From: Candidatus Sulfotelmatobacter sp.
GTDB lineage: Bacteria; Acidobacteriota; Terriglobia; Terriglobales; Acidobacteriaceae
NCBI GenBank assembly: GCA_036269595.1
Contig: DATBEI010000059.1
Location: 1,032-65,031 of the forward strand
DNA length: 64,000 bases
Direction: 5' to 3'
Positions 1-10,389 of the stretch are shown piece by piece. Positions within the stretch are counted from its first letter, which is position 1; each line of letters opens with the position of its first letter. The position numbers and the translations under genes were made by a program. The notes below the pieces were generated by a model. That model worked only from the letters and a program-made list of their open reading frames with translations, did not search any database and was not told where the DNA came from.

Positions 1-1
1 C

Positions 2-2995
2 GACCGCATTGTTAGTGTCACTGAGCGGGCCCTTACCACCACTGTAGATAACATCGAGCACGTCGAATCGCAGTCTCTATACGGGATTGCGGTGGTTAAG
101 GTATTTCTTCAGCCGACTGCGAACATTCAGCAAGGTATCGCCCAGATTGCGGCTATCTCTCAGACCCAACTTAAGCAGTTACCAGCGGGCACAACCCCGC
201 CCCTCATTCTTGCCTACAGCGCATCAAGCGTGCCGGTCCTCCAATTGGCCCTTTCCGGACAATCTCTTTCGGAGCAACAACTCAACGACTATGGGCTGAA
301 TTTCATTCGCACCCAGCTCATCACGGTACCTGGGGCGTCAGTGCCGTATCCCTATGGCGGTAAACAACGTCAGGTGCAAGTTGATCTCAACACAACAGCC
401 CTACAGTCAAAGGGTCTGTCCGCACTGGATGTGGTCAATGCGATCAGCCTGCAAAACCTCATTCTGCCTACAGGAACGTCTAAGATCGGCTCCAGGGAAT
501 ACGACGTATCTATTCCTAACGCAGCGCCGCAAACAATCGCGGACCTGAACCGCATTCCCATAAAGACGATTGGCGGCACTACCATCTACATGAAGGATGT
601 CGCCTGGGTACGCGACGGTTTTCCCCCGCAGACCAACATCGTACGCGTGAACGGCCAGCGTTCAGTATTGCTAACGATCCAGAAAGCGGGGAATGCGTCC
701 ACCCTGAACGTGATCGCAGGCATCAAGGGCCTTTTACCTCAAATTAAAGCCACGGTCCCGCCCCAGTTGAATATAACGCCGCTGGCCGACCAATCAATTT
801 TTGTCCGGGGCGCGATCAGTGGAGTGGTCAGGGAAACGCTGATTGCCGCCTGCCTAACCGCCTTCATGATTCTTACTTTTCTGGGTAGTTGGCGAAGTAC
901 TCTGATCATCGCGACCTCAATCCCCCTGGCCATCCTGACCTCGATCATTGTGCTTAGTGCGATCGGACAAACCATCAACATTATGACTCTCGGTGGGTTG
1001 GCGCTGGCAGTCGGCATCCTGGTCGACGATGCCACCGTTGAAGTCGAGAACATCAATCGCAATCGCGCGGCCGAGCCCGAGAAGGACATGGACGAAGTCG
1101 TCCTGGACAGCGCGTCTCAGATTGCCACGCCGGCGTTCGTCTCTACGCTCTCGATCTGCATTGTGTTTGCTCCCATGTTCTTACTGTCCGGCGTAGCTCG
1201 TTTCCTGTTTGTACCGCTGGCTGAGGCGGTTGTCTTTGCTATGTTAGCGTCGTATTTCCTGTCGAGGACCATCGTTCCGACCATGGCCAAGTACTTACTC
1301 CGGGCAGATAAAACGGAGGAGGAACGGGCTGCCAGCCGCAATCCGTTCGTACGGTTGCAACGGCGTTTTGAGGAGGCCTTTGAAAAGTTCCGTCACAGCT
1401 ATCGCGGCCTGCTCGAAATTTGTCTCCATCACCGGAGTGTATTCCTCATTGCGTTCTTCGCCGTTTGTCTAGGGTCCTTGGCAGTTTTGATTCCTTGGCT
1501 GGGCCGAGACTTCTTCCCCAACGTTGACAGCGGTACTTTCAAGCTTCATATGCGCGCTCCGACTGGTATGCGTATTGAGGAGACCGCCAATCTTTGTGAT
1601 CTAGTCGAACAGTCGATCCGAAAACAAATTCCGGCCAATGAGGTTCACAATGTCATTGATAACATCGGTCTGCCCTATAGCGGCATCAATCTTTCTTACA
1701 GCAATTCGGCCCCGGTGGGCACATCGGATGCGGATATTCTGGTAACGCTGTCGGCCAAACACCAACCCACGGACGATTACATTCATCGGCTTCGTCTGAC
1801 ACTGCCAAAACAGTTTCCTGGCGTTTCATTCGCTTTCTTGCCCGCTGACATGGTCGGGCAGATTCTCAATTTTGGCTTGCCTGCTCCACTCGATATTCAG
1901 GTTGTGGGAAATGATCTGGAGGGGAACAGGCAATACGCGAGCGCACTACTCGCTAAGCTGAGGTACGTCCCAGGAACCGCAGATCTGCGAATCCAGCAAC
2001 CCTTCGATGAGCCCTATTTGAATATGAGGGTCGAACGCACTAAGGCAGAAGAACTTGGATTTACTGCCCACGATATCGCACAGAACCTCCTGGTGTCACT
2101 GAGCGGCAGCTTCCAAACGTCACCGACGTTTTGGGTGGACCCAAAGAATCGTGTCAGCTATCAAATCGCAACTCAGACTCCGCAGTACCGCGCCGATACA
2201 TTACAGGACCTCGTGAATATCCCCGTCACGGGGTCTAACGCGTCCGCTGCCCCCTCGCTCACAGCGAGTCTGGTATCGGTGCAGCGCGGAGCGGGAATGG
2301 CAGTTGTTTCCCACTACAACGTGGCGCCCGTGATCGACATTTTTGGCGCTGCCGCGGGACGCGACCTGGGTGGGGTGGCCGGCGATATCAACAAGATCAT
2401 TGACGCCACGCGCCAGCAATTGCCGCGCGGCTCCCGTGTGGTTATCCGCGGGCAGGTTCAGACCATGCGAGCGTCCTACATCGGCCTCTTGAGTGGGCTC
2501 GTTTTCTCGATCGTGCTCGTATACCTGCTGATCGTGGTCAATTTCCAATCCTGGCTGGATCCTTTCATCATGATTTCCGCGCTGCCCGCGGCGCTCGCCG
2601 GGATTGCGTGGTTCTTGTTCATAACCCACACGACCCTGAGCGTGCCCGCACTCATGGGAGCCATCATGTGCATGGGTGTCGCCACGTCGAACAGCATCCT
2701 CGTGGTGAGCTTTGCCACGGAGAAAATGACGGAAGGAGTGGACTCCATCGGAGCCGCACTAGAGGCAGGCTTCACGCGTTTTCGCCCCGTGCTGATGACT
2801 GCCCTGGCGATGATCATCGGTATGGTGCCGATGGCTCTTGGACTCGGGGATGGTGGTGAGCAGAACGCTCCCCTTGGCCGGGCAGTCATAGGCGGATTGA
2901 TTTTCGCGACGGTTTCAACGCTGTTCTTTGTTCCGGCATTTTTCAGCGTTCTGCAAGGTTCACGCCGGCGTTCAGGCCAGAAACTAGGACACTAG
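2..2995 (+). CDS. RND efflux transporter inner-membrane permease (AcrB/CzcA superfamily), 5' end cut by the window edge
   Basis: The frame is open from base 2 (DRIVSVTERALTTTVDNIEHVESQSLYG precedes the first Met of the 967-aa ORF). It shows RND-type motifs such as GGLALAVGILVDDATVEVENI and a multi-TM/large-loop layout. Adaptor and OMF genes follow it. Confidence 0.9.
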   Translation, partial: DRIVSVTERALTTTVDNIEHVESQSLYGIAVVKVFLQPTANIQQGIAQIAAISQTQLKQLPAGTTPPLILAYSASSVPVLQLALSGQSLSEQQLNDYGLNFIRTQLITVPGASVPYPYGGKQRQVQVDLNTTALQSKGLSALDVVNAISLQNLILPTGTSKIGSREYDVSIPNAAPQTIADLNRIPIKTIGGTTIYMKDVAWVRDGFPPQTNIVRVNGQRSVLLTIQKAGNASTLNVIAGIKGLLPQIKATVPPQLNITPLADQSIFVRGAISGVVRETLIAACLTAFMILTFLGSWRSTLIIATSIPLAILTSIIVLSAIGQTINIMTLGGLALAVGILVDDATVEVENINRNRAAEPEKDMDEVVLDSASQIATPAFVSTLSICIVFAPMFLLSGVARFLFVPLAEAVVFAMLASYFLSRTIVPTMAKYLLRADKTEEERAASRNPFVRLQRRFEEAFEKFRHSYRGLLEICLHHRSVFLIAFFAVCLGSLAVLIPWLGRDFFPNVDSGTFKLHMRAPTGMRIEETANLCDLVEQSIRKQIPANEVHNVIDNIGLPYSGINLSYSNSAPVGTSDADILVTLSAKHQPTDDYIHRLRLTLPKQFPGVSFAFLPADMVGQILNFGLPAPLDIQVVGNDLEGNRQYASALLAKLRYVPGTADLRIQQPFDEPYLNMRVERTKAEELGFTAHDIAQNLLVSLSGSFQTSPTFWVDPKNRVSYQIATQTPQYRADTLQDLVNIPVTGSNASAAPSLTASLVSVQRGAGMAVVSHYNVAPVIDIFGAAAGRDLGGVAGDINKIIDATRQQLPRGSRVVIRGQVQTMRASYIGLLSGLVFSIVLVYLLIVVNFQSWLDPFIMISALPAALAGIAWFLFITHTTLSVPALMGAIMCMGVATSNSILVVSFATEKMTEGVDSIGAALEAGFTRFRPVLMTALAMIIGMVPMALGLGDGGEQNAPLGRAVIGGLIFATVSTLFFVPAFFSVLQGSRRRSGQKLGH

Positions 2996-4240
2996 GTGAG
3001 GAATATGGGGAGCTATTTTATGTTGCCTCAAACTGAAGACCGACGACAAATTGGCGAACCAATACCCCCGCTGAACGATGCGGGAGCTGGGAAGCGATCC
3101 CGCAAGGCGTGGATTGTCCTTGCGATTGCCGTAATGGCGGTTGCCGCCCTGTTGGGTTTGGGAATTTGGTCCCGGGTAAAAGCCGGCGCAACTCTCCGTG
3201 CAGAAACGGTGCAGGCCGCAGTTCCAGCCGTGTCTGTAGTGTCGCCGAAACGAACTGCGCCCGCTGATGAAATCATCCTTCCGGGAAACGTGCAGCCGTA
3301 CATCAGTTCACCTATCTATGCTCGCACGAACGGCTATCTCAAGAAATGGTATTTCGACATTGGTGCGCGCGTTAAAAAAGGGCAACTGCTAGCTGTGATC
3401 GAAACACCGGAAGTCGATCAGCAGCTTCAGCAAGCCCGCAGCAACCTGTTAACCGCGCAGGCAAACCTGGAACTCGCCTCTGTCACCAAGACCCGCTACC
3501 AAGGCCTGCTGAAGAGCAATGCTGTATCACAACAGGACGTGGACAACGCGGTCGGAACCTACAACGCGAATAGGGCGATTGTCGAAGCAGACAAAGCGGC
3601 CGTGGAACAGTATTCGGCACTCGTGTCCTTCGAGAAGGTCTATGCGCCATTCGATGGGGTGATCACGGCACGTAACACGGACATCGGAGATCTCATTAAT
3701 TCCGGCAGCAGCAGCAACGTGAAAACCGATCTCTTTCACATCGCTCAACCGGGAACGCTGCGTGTCTACGTGGACGTCCCGGAGGAATACTCGCGTGGAA
3801 TCAAAGCCGGCATGACGGCGGATCTCGGTCTTGCCGAATTTCCGGACCGCAAGTTTCAGGGAAAAGTGGTGCGCACAGCCGATGCCATCAATATGACTAC
3901 CCGCACTCTGCTGATCGAAATCGATGTGGAAAATCCTACCGGCACGCTGCTCACGGGTTCCTATGCAGAGGTCCACTTGGCGATTCCGACGCTAGCCTCC
4001 ACTTTCTTGATTCCGGTCAATACTCTGTTGTTCCGCACCGAAGGATTACGCGTCGGCGTTGTGAAGGGAGGCAAGGTCGTACTGACTACCGTTACTCCCG
4101 GACACGATTTTGGCAACGAGATTGAGATTGTCGCCGGCCTAAAGGCGGACGATCAAGTCATCATCAACCCGCCTGACTCAATCGTCGCCGGACAGCAGGT
4201 CCAAATTGTGCAGGCAACATTGCCGGGAGATATCAAGTGA
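2996..4240 (+). CDS. RND/HlyD-family periplasmic adaptor (membrane fusion protein)
   Basis: N-terminal TM anchor (WIVLAIAVMAVAALLGLGIW), a coiled-coil segment (QQLQQARSNLLTAQANLELA) and a beta-rich C-terminus. The start is uncertain (GTG 2996, ATG 3005 or ATG 3020). The stop overlaps the next start (GTGA at 4237-4240). Confidence 0.85.
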   Translation: MRNMGSYFMLPQTEDRRQIGEPIPPLNDAGAGKRSRKAWIVLAIAVMAVAALLGLGIWSRVKAGATLRAETVQAAVPAVSVVSPKRTAPADEIILPGNVQPYISSPIYARTNGYLKKWYFDIGARVKKGQLLAVIETPEVDQQLQQARSNLLTAQANLELASVTKTRYQGLLKSNAVSQQDVDNAVGTYNANRAIVEADKAAVEQYSALVSFEKVYAPFDGVITARNTDIGDLINSGSSSNVKTDLFHIAQPGTLRVYVDVPEEYSRGIKAGMTADLGLAEFPDRKFQGKVVRTADAINMTTRTLLIEIDVENPTGTLLTGSYAEVHLAIPTLASTFLIPVNTLLFRTEGLRVGVVKGGKVVLTTVTPGHDFGNEIEIVAGLKADDQVIINPPDSIVAGQQVQIVQATLPGDIK

Positions 4241-5742
4241 AGCTACCTCGAAAACTGATTGTCGGAACTTCACGGAAAATGGCCTGGCGGGCTCTGATGG
4301 CGGTAGCAGCACTCCAGTTGACTGGATGCGTGGTTGGCCCGAAGTATCACGCGCCCGTTGTACAGGCTCCTCCTGCTTATAAAGAAGCGGGGGACTGGAA
4401 GCCCGCCCAACCGAACGATCAGAATCTTGGCGGCTCGTGGTGGACGATGTTCCAGGATCCGCAGCTTAATGTGCTCGAAGACGAAGTCAACGTATCGAAT
4501 CAGAACCTCAAGGCCGCAGAGGCGCAGTTCCGTCAGGCTCGAGCCACTCTACGATACTATCGTGCCGACTATTACCCAACAGTGACGTATGGGCCGTCGG
4601 CAACTCGCGAGCGAATTTCGAGCCGCCGGCCGCCCGCGACTTCGATCTTCGATGGCATAACCTACAACGATTTCGTGCTGCCTTTCAGCGTGTCCTACCA
4701 GGCTGACGTCTGGGGACGAGTTCGAAAGAACGTAGAGTCCTATCGGGAGCAAGCGCAAGCTAGTGCGGCAGACCTGGCCACAGTCAATCTGAGCATGCAT
4801 GCCGATCTGGCCGTTGATTACTTTCAGGCGCGCAGTCTGGATGCTGAGGAACAGCTTCTCAACTCGACGGTCCAGCAATACCAGCAGGCCCTGGAGTTGA
4901 ACGAGAACCGTTTCGCCGGGGGGATTGCTTCGGAAGTGGAAGTGGAACAGGCCAAGACGCAACTGGAGACGACCCGCGCTCAAGCCATCGATGTAGGTGT
5001 TCTGCGGGCGCAGTACGAACATGCGGTTGCGATCCTTATCGGAAAACCTCCCGCGGAATTCAGCCTTCCTCCGCTGCCTCTCACAGCACCGCCTCCCCAC
5101 GTCCCTCTCAGTGTGCCGTCGGAACTGCTAGAACGACGCCCCGATATTGCAGCCGCCGAGAGGCTGGTGGCATCTGCCAACGCGCAGATCGGAGTAGCGA
5201 AGTCGGCCTACTATCCAGTGATCAGCTTAGGCGCTACGGGAGGATTTGAAAGCTCCGCTATCACCACCCTGTTGAATGGGCCCAGCGGCCTATGGTCAGT
5301 TGGGCTGTCGGCGGTTGGAACCGTTTTCGATGTGGGCAGACGCCATGCCCTCAACGATCAGGCGCGCGCCGCGTATGACTATCAAGTCGGCGTGTATCGA
5401 GAGAACGTCTTGACTGGATTCCAGCAGGTCGAGGACAATCTGGCGGCTGTGAGAATTCTGGAGAACGAGGCCAAGGTTCAGAACGAAGCAGTTGGTGCCG
5501 CGCAGCGCTCGCTTGATCTTTCAGTGACCCGTTACAAGGGCGGAGTCACAAGTTATCTCGAGGTGATCACCGCTCAAAGTGCCGCCCTGACTGATGAAGT
5601 CACGGCGGTTAATATCCTAGGACGGCGTATGGCGAACACGGTGTTGCTCATTCAAGCCCTGGGCGGTGGATGGGATCGATCGAGTTTGCCGGAGCGACCG
5701 GAATGCTGCGGTAAGCTCGCGACCAGTTCAGGTTCCAAGTGA
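4237..5742 (+). CDS. Outer-membrane factor lipoprotein, NodT/TolC family
   Basis: Lipobox LQLTGC, ~500 aa, and a duplicated OEP-like helical repeat pattern. Translationally coupled to the adaptor gene. Confidence 0.85.
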   Translation: MKLPRKLIVGTSRKMAWRALMAVAALQLTGCVVGPKYHAPVVQAPPAYKEAGDWKPAQPNDQNLGGSWWTMFQDPQLNVLEDEVNVSNQNLKAAEAQFRQARATLRYYRADYYPTVTYGPSATRERISSRRPPATSIFDGITYNDFVLPFSVSYQADVWGRVRKNVESYREQAQASAADLATVNLSMHADLAVDYFQARSLDAEEQLLNSTVQQYQQALELNENRFAGGIASEVEVEQAKTQLETTRAQAIDVGVLRAQYEHAVAILIGKPPAEFSLPPLPLTAPPPHVPLSVPSELLERRPDIAAAERLVASANAQIGVAKSAYYPVISLGATGGFESSAITTLLNGPSGLWSVGLSAVGTVFDVGRRHALNDQARAAYDYQVGVYRENVLTGFQQVEDNLAAVRILENEAKVQNEAVGAAQRSLDLSVTRYKGGVTSYLEVITAQSAALTDEVTAVNILGRRMANTVLLIQALGGGWDRSSLPERPECCGKLATSSGSK

Positions 5743-5941
5743 CACCTTGGGTGAAAACTATCCGGATATCGGCTTGGTTTTCCGTATTGCAATGGGAGAA
5801 CTCTTAAACAGTTACGGCCGAGATCAAGCGGAATCTTCAAAAAGCACGCCTAACAAAGCCGTGAGTTAAGGTCCGCTGATACGATCCGGGCAGTGTCATC
5901 CTAGAAACTACCGCAGGCCTTGTGCCTGAGGAGGGCAAACT

Positions 5942-6991
5942 ATGCAAATCGGCATGATCGGTCTTGGCAGGATGGGGGCTAACATGGTACGGCGACTGAT
6001 CCGCAAAGGTCACAGTTGCGTGGTGTTCAACCGGTCACCGCAAGCGGTGAACGAGCTTGTCAAGGAAAAGGCGATTGGCGCCGCCTCAGTTGCGGACGTT
6101 GCGAAGAAGCTGGAGAGACCACGAGCGATTTGGCTGATGGTACCGGCGGCTGTTGTCGACGACACCATCGCCAATCTTGCTCCTCACCTGGAGTCCGGCG
6201 ACATTCTCATTGACGGCGGCAACTCTTACTACGTAGACGATCTCCGGCGCGCAAAGGAGCTCTCCCCGAAAAAGGTCCATTATGTGGACGTGGGAACCAG
6301 CGGAGGAGTTTGGGGTCTGGAGCGAGGTTACTGCATGATGATCGGAGGCGAGACCGACGTCATCCAGCGGCTCGATCCAATTTTTTCGTCTCTGGCTCCG
6401 GGAACGGGCGCTGCTCCGCGAACCGCTGGTCGCGAGAAGATTGAAGGTACCGCCGAACACGGCTATTTACACTGTGGCCCGAATGGCGCCGGTCATTTCG
6501 TAAAGATGGTTCACAACGGAATCGAATACGGGATTATGGCGGCATATGCGGAGGGCCTCTCTGTTCTGCGCGGCGCGAACGTCGGCAGGGGAGCAAACAA
6601 TGCAGCTGATGCGGAAACTACGCCATTGCGGGACCCAGAGCACTATCAGTACGACATGAATCTGCGAGATATCGCGGAGGTATGGCGCCGGGGAAGCGTG
6701 ATCGCATCGTGGCTCCTGGATCTGACAGCCGCGGCCCTGCTGCAGGATCCGAATCTTACCAAGTTTGCCGGCCGCGTCTCCGATTCTGGTGAAGGACGCT
6801 GGACAATTAAAGCGGCGATCGACGAAGCGGTTCCAGCGCCAGTTCTCACCACTGCACTTTATGAGCGATTCGGTTCCCGGGGCGAGGCAGAATTTGCCAA
6901 CAAGCTCTTGTCCGCCATGCGGTATGAGTTTGGCGGGCACCTGGAGAAATCCGATGAAAGGTCCAAAGACGAAAGCTCCAAAGTAGCTTAA
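5942..6991 (+). CDS. gnd: 6-phosphogluconate dehydrogenase (decarboxylating), short Gnd/YqeC type
   Basis: Rossmann N-terminus [19 protein letters not shown], plus [14 protein letters not shown] and [13 protein letters not shown] motifs. Confidence 0.9.
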   Translation: MQIGMIGLGRMGANMVRRLIRKGHSCVVFNRSPQAVNELVKEKAIGAASVADVAKKLERPRAIWLMVPAAVVDDTIANLAPHLESGDILIDGGNSYYVDDLRRAKELSPKKVHYVDVGTSGGVWGLERGYCMMIGGETDVIQRLDPIFSSLAPGTGAAPRTAGREKIEGTAEHGYLHCGPNGAGHFVKMVHNGIEYGIMAAYAEGLSVLRGANVGRGANNAADAETTPLRDPEHYQYDMNLRDIAEVWRRGSVIASWLLDLTAAALLQDPNLTKFAGRVSDSGEGRWTIKAAIDEAVPAPVLTTALYERFGSRGEAEFANKLLSAMRYEFGGHLEKSDERSKDESSKVA

Positions 6992-7148
6992 GCCGAATCT
7001 TCCTGTCCCGGATGGTTGGGTGAGAAAAAAATATTTCGCTGCGTGACGTGCACGGGCTCTCTGAATCTTCCTAGAGGGCTTTTCATCCAACATTGAATAC
7101 ATCTCAGGTGTACGGATGGCAGTGACGACCCAGCGAGGAAGTTGATAG

Positions 7149-7739
7149 ATGTTTGAAAGTATTCTCTGCCAAATCACGGAATATGACCCCGACGTTCTTG
7201 AGTCTCTAATTGAGCTTGCAGTCGCAATTGCTCGCGAGGGACGCGAGGGAAAACGGGTTGGCACAATATTTATGCTGGGGGATGAGAATGCCGTACTCGC
7301 GAGATCAAGATCGTTGATTTTGGACCCATTGTTGGGCCACCCGGAGTCGGCGCGCCATATCACCGATCTCAATCTTCGAGGAACCATCAAGGAATTGGCG
7401 CAGCTGGATGGTGGGTTTGTGGTCAGTCGTGCTGGAATTGTCCTTTCCGCGTGTCGCTATTTCGACGGCGTCGCAGCGGAAGTGGAAGTTCCGCTCGGAC
7501 TCGGCAGTCGTCACATTGCCGCCGCTAACATGAGTGCAGTCACCAAAGCTGTGGGAATTGTGGTTTCTGAAAGCTCGGTAGTGCGTATTTTTTGCCACGG
7601 ACAACTGGTCGGCGAAATCATTCCGGAACTCTGGATGATCGATCATGCTGCCCACATACGTGGCACGGTGAAAAGGGAACAGGTTGGCGAGCTATCCATT
7701 CTCACACCACGCTTTGGGCAACCCACGGTTGCGGAGTAA
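7149..7739 (+). CDS. DAC (DisA_N) domain protein, diadenylate-cyclase-like with variant catalytic motifs
   Basis: Collinear by eye with the CdaA/DisA DAC domain: VGTIFMLGDEN (GALIVI block), LDGGFVV (DGA block), GSRHIAAA (RHR block), IVVSESS (VSEE block). GAGGAAG Shine-Dalgarno lies upstream of ATG 7149. Confidence 0.7.
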   Translation: MFESILCQITEYDPDVLESLIELAVAIAREGREGKRVGTIFMLGDENAVLARSRSLILDPLLGHPESARHITDLNLRGTIKELAQLDGGFVVSRAGIVLSACRYFDGVAAEVEVPLGLGSRHIAAANMSAVTKAVGIVVSESSVVRIFCHGQLVGEIIPELWMIDHAAHIRGTVKREQVGELSILTPRFGQPTVAE

Positions 7740-7772
7740 TGCTGCCGCCGACTGCGGGAAAAGCGGGAATGA

Positions 7773-8003
7773 ATGACGACCATGCACGAGGTCAGATGTG
7801 AAGTCTGTGGGCTGGTGACGACGAATCCAGTCCACTGGTTCGTCATCCGGTCTGGAGATACAGACCTTACCGTCTACCGCTGGAGTTCTGAAACCGCCAA
7901 TGCGGCAGGCGCTCGTCACTATTGCGGTGAAAGGCACGCTCAGGTTTATATCAGTCGCTGGTTCGAGTCAGTGTGCGCGCCGCCAAAGCCGAATTTCAAG
8001 TAG
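7773..8003 (+). CDS. Small hypothetical protein, possible zinc-ribbon (CEVCG ... HYCGERH)
   Basis: 76-aa ORF 33 nt downstream of the DAC-like gene. It has a C-x2-C plus C-x3-H arrangement. Its 3' end overlaps the convergent ctaG by 58 nt, so one of the two ends may be miscalled. Confidence 0.35.
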   Translation: MTTMHEVRCEVCGLVTTNPVHWFVIRSGDTDLTVYRWSSETANAAGARHYCGERHAQVYISRWFESVCAPPKPNFK

Positions 8004-8911
8004 TTGCCACCATCATCCCCCTCCGCCTCGGCATCCTTCGCCGAACGCCCTGCTGGTTCGGAGGACGTAAGTCGCATCGAACGGTTCGCCCACTGCAAAT
8101 CCGCGGGCGAGAGCAGTTGCATCGTGATCGCCACCGCTGGAATCAGGTATGCGAACGTCACCCATACCCACATCAAGGCGCCCGCGCATTCCTGGTCTGC
8201 CAAGGGAAGTACCTTGAACTGCTGAGGTTTGGACAGGTAGAAGGGGTAAACAAGGCGGTTACAAAACACCAGGAATGCGGAAAGAACGTCACAAGGCAGG
8301 GTGGCAAGAAAGAGGTACAGAGGCATCGACCATCGAGGCGACCTCGCCGCACGCGGGGGAGACTGCACGATAGGCCACCAGAACAAAAGGCCTGCCACCA
8401 GAAACGACAGGTCCTCCAGAATGTGCATTCCGGAAGAACGCATGCCCAACTGAAACGCACCGGGAACATGCCATCCGACCACGGCTACCGTGCCCGCCAG
8501 CCAACACAACATAGGATGTCGAACGCGGCGTTCGAGCCATCGTCCCAGCAAACTGCCGAGTGGAAGATACGTCTGCATGAAGAATCTCGGAAGGCCGCAC
8601 ACCATGGTAAAGATTGGTGCCCCCACTAGAATCAGGGGAGCGGCGACTGTCATCAACAGAAGGTGCTTCAGCATATGAATCGTCAGTAGTTGATGATCGA
8701 GTGTGGCGAGTGGGGAGCCGACAGCGAGCCACACTAAGATGAGGCCACTCAAAAACGCCGCGAGCCGCCAGCCGGCGATCAGGTTTGGGAAGGCACTTTG
8801 AAGAGCGTGCCAACCGCGCAGATAAATCCACGCTACAGCCACCAGCGTCGATGTGGTCGCGAGCAGAAATAGCCACCACAGAATCCGGGTATGGAACTCG
8901 GACATAGCCAT
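7946..8911 (-). CDS. ctaG: Cytochrome c oxidase assembly factor, Caa3_CtaG family membrane protein
   Basis: Polytopic membrane protein with LLTIHMLKHLLLMTVAAPLILVGAP, typical of Caa3_CtaG. Last gene of the oxidase/bc operon, 2 nt after the cytochrome b stop. Confidence 0.75.
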   Translation of the reverse strand: MAMSEFHTRILWWLFLLATTSTLVAVAWIYLRGWHALQSAFPNLIAGWRLAAFLSGLILVWLAVGSPLATLDHQLLTIHMLKHLLLMTVAAPLILVGAPIFTMVCGLPRFFMQTYLPLGSLLGRWLERRVRHPMLCWLAGTVAVVGWHVPGAFQLGMRSSGMHILEDLSFLVAGLLFWWPIVQSPPRAARSPRWSMPLYLFLATLPCDVLSAFLVFCNRLVYPFYLSKPQQFKVLPLADQECAGALMWVWVTFAYLIPAVAITMQLLSPADLQWANRSMRLTSSEPAGRSAKDAEAEGDDGGNYLKFGFGGAHTDSNQRLI

Positions 8912-8913
8912 GT

Positions 8914-10389
8914 TTACCGTGGCGAGACCTCGCTTTCGCCGAGCGTCACGGCTTGAGAAACATTGCGCGCGGGCTTCTGGTTCGCCGGGTGCAGAGTTTC
9001 CAGAAACGCCACAAGCGCGGTTGTTTCCGCTGGGCTGAGGTTTTTTCCATAGGCAGGCATATTTCCTCCGCCCTGGATCACCTGGCGAATCAGTTGATCT
9101 TGGGTAAGTCGGAGAGCAACGGCGTCCAGCGCCGGTCCGCGCTGTCCCCCTTTGTCATTCAGTGAATGACAGTTATGACACTGCTTGGCTTGAAAAACCA
9201 GCGCACCCTCCCGTTCCAAGGCCGTGCGTCCATGCACGTATTGTGGCGGGATCGGCTCGCTGCTCCATGCGTTCATGACGGGACTCCAGGGCGTGTGCTC
9301 AGCTAAGTGAGTCAGAGTGCCGAGTGCCACTGCGACTAGAAAAATTATGAGGACCGCAATTGGCCTGCGCTTCCAGCTCTTCTCACCTTCGCCAGCGACA
9401 AACGGAAGCGCCAGAAGGACAAGGATTCCGATAGCCGGACCAATCAGTAGAATCGGCGTCTCGGCAGCAGGGGGCAGGAACGAAAGCAGAGCATACAACC
9501 ACAGAAAGAAGAAGTCGGGACGTGGTGCGGTTTGAATGATCGTCGGGTCCGGTTGGCCGCCTGGACCAAAGGGACCAAAGTGAATTGCGCAAACCGCAAT
9601 TGCAAGAAGTATGAAGCAGGAGAAGAATATGTCTTTCCATACTGCCTCAGGCACGAACGGGATGCCCTCGTCGTGGGTGAGTTGGTGATATTCCTGCATA
9701 TACGTGGCGCGGCGAACGACACGTCCTGGCATGGGCCACTCGTTGATTCCCAACTTAAGAACCATGAGCAGATGCACACCGACAAAAGTAATCAGCAGTC
9801 CCGGGATGACGAAGACATGCAGGGCGAAGAACCGCGAAAGCGTTGCGCCAGCAATGATCGGGCCGCCGAGCATCAAGTTCACAGCCCAAGGTCCAATCAC
9901 CGGGACGCGGCTTGCGATGGATGCGCCGATGCCTAATCCCCAGTAAGCATCCTGATCGAATCGCAATACCTGACCGGTAAACGCCATTCCAAGGGTCACT
10001 AATAGGAGAAGGACACCCACGATCCAAGTGAGTTCTCTTGGAAATTTATAAGCTCCGAACAGGAATACCTGCACCATATGGATCAGCACAATCGCGACCA
10101 TGAAATTCGAGCCCCATCCATGCAGCGCTCGTATGAACCAGCCCAAAGCGACTCCATGGTTGAGAGTCTGAAGGCTGTTCCACGCCTCTCCCGCGGATGG
10201 GACATAGATCAGCGCAAGCAAAATGCCAGTCACGAGTTGGAGTATGAAACATGTGAGCGCAGCGCTGCCGAAAACATAGAACCAGCTTGCAGTGTCGCGG
10301 GGAACCGGGTGCTTGGCCGTTTCGCGAATCGGCGTTCCAAGCTGGAGACGCAGATCGAACCATTCACCTACTTTTTGGATCAGGCGCAT
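8914..10389 (-). CDS. Cytochrome b (b6 plus subunit-IV-like region) fused to a C-terminal monohaem cytochrome c domain
   Basis: Bis-His helix pairs (ALHGWGSNFMVAIVLIHMVQ; FALHVFVIPGLLITFVGVHLLM), extra C-terminal helices, then a CHNCH haem c site. Overlaps the Rieske gene by 10 nt. Confidence 0.9.
   Translation of the reverse strand: MRLIQKVGEWFDLRLQLGTPIRETAKHPVPRDTASWFYVFGSAALTCFILQLVTGILLALIYVPSAGEAWNSLQTLNHGVALGWFIRALHGWGSNFMVAIVLIHMVQVFLFGAYKFPRELTWIVGVLLLLVTLGMAFTGQVLRFDQDAYWGLGIGASIASRVPVIGPWAVNLMLGGPIIAGATLSRFFALHVFVIPGLLITFVGVHLLMVLKLGINEWPMPGRVVRRATYMQEYHQLTHDEGIPFVPEAVWKDIFFSCFILLAIAVCAIHFGPFGPGGQPDPTIIQTAPRPDFFFLWLYALLSFLPPAAETPILLIGPAIGILVLLALPFVAGEGEKSWKRRPIAVLIIFLVAVALGTLTHLAEHTPWSPVMNAWSSEPIPPQYVHGRTALEREGALVFQAKQCHNCHSLNDKGGQRGPALDAVALRLTQDQLIRQVIQGGGNMPAYGKNLSPAETTALVAFLETLHPANQKPARNVSQAVTLGESEVSPR

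Noticed and set aside
6467-7390. 307-aa minus-strand ORF spanning the gnd 3' end and the DAC-like 5' end
   Set aside because: It overlaps two well-supported plus-strand genes, and its Ser/Arg/Pro-rich sequence has no recognisable domain.
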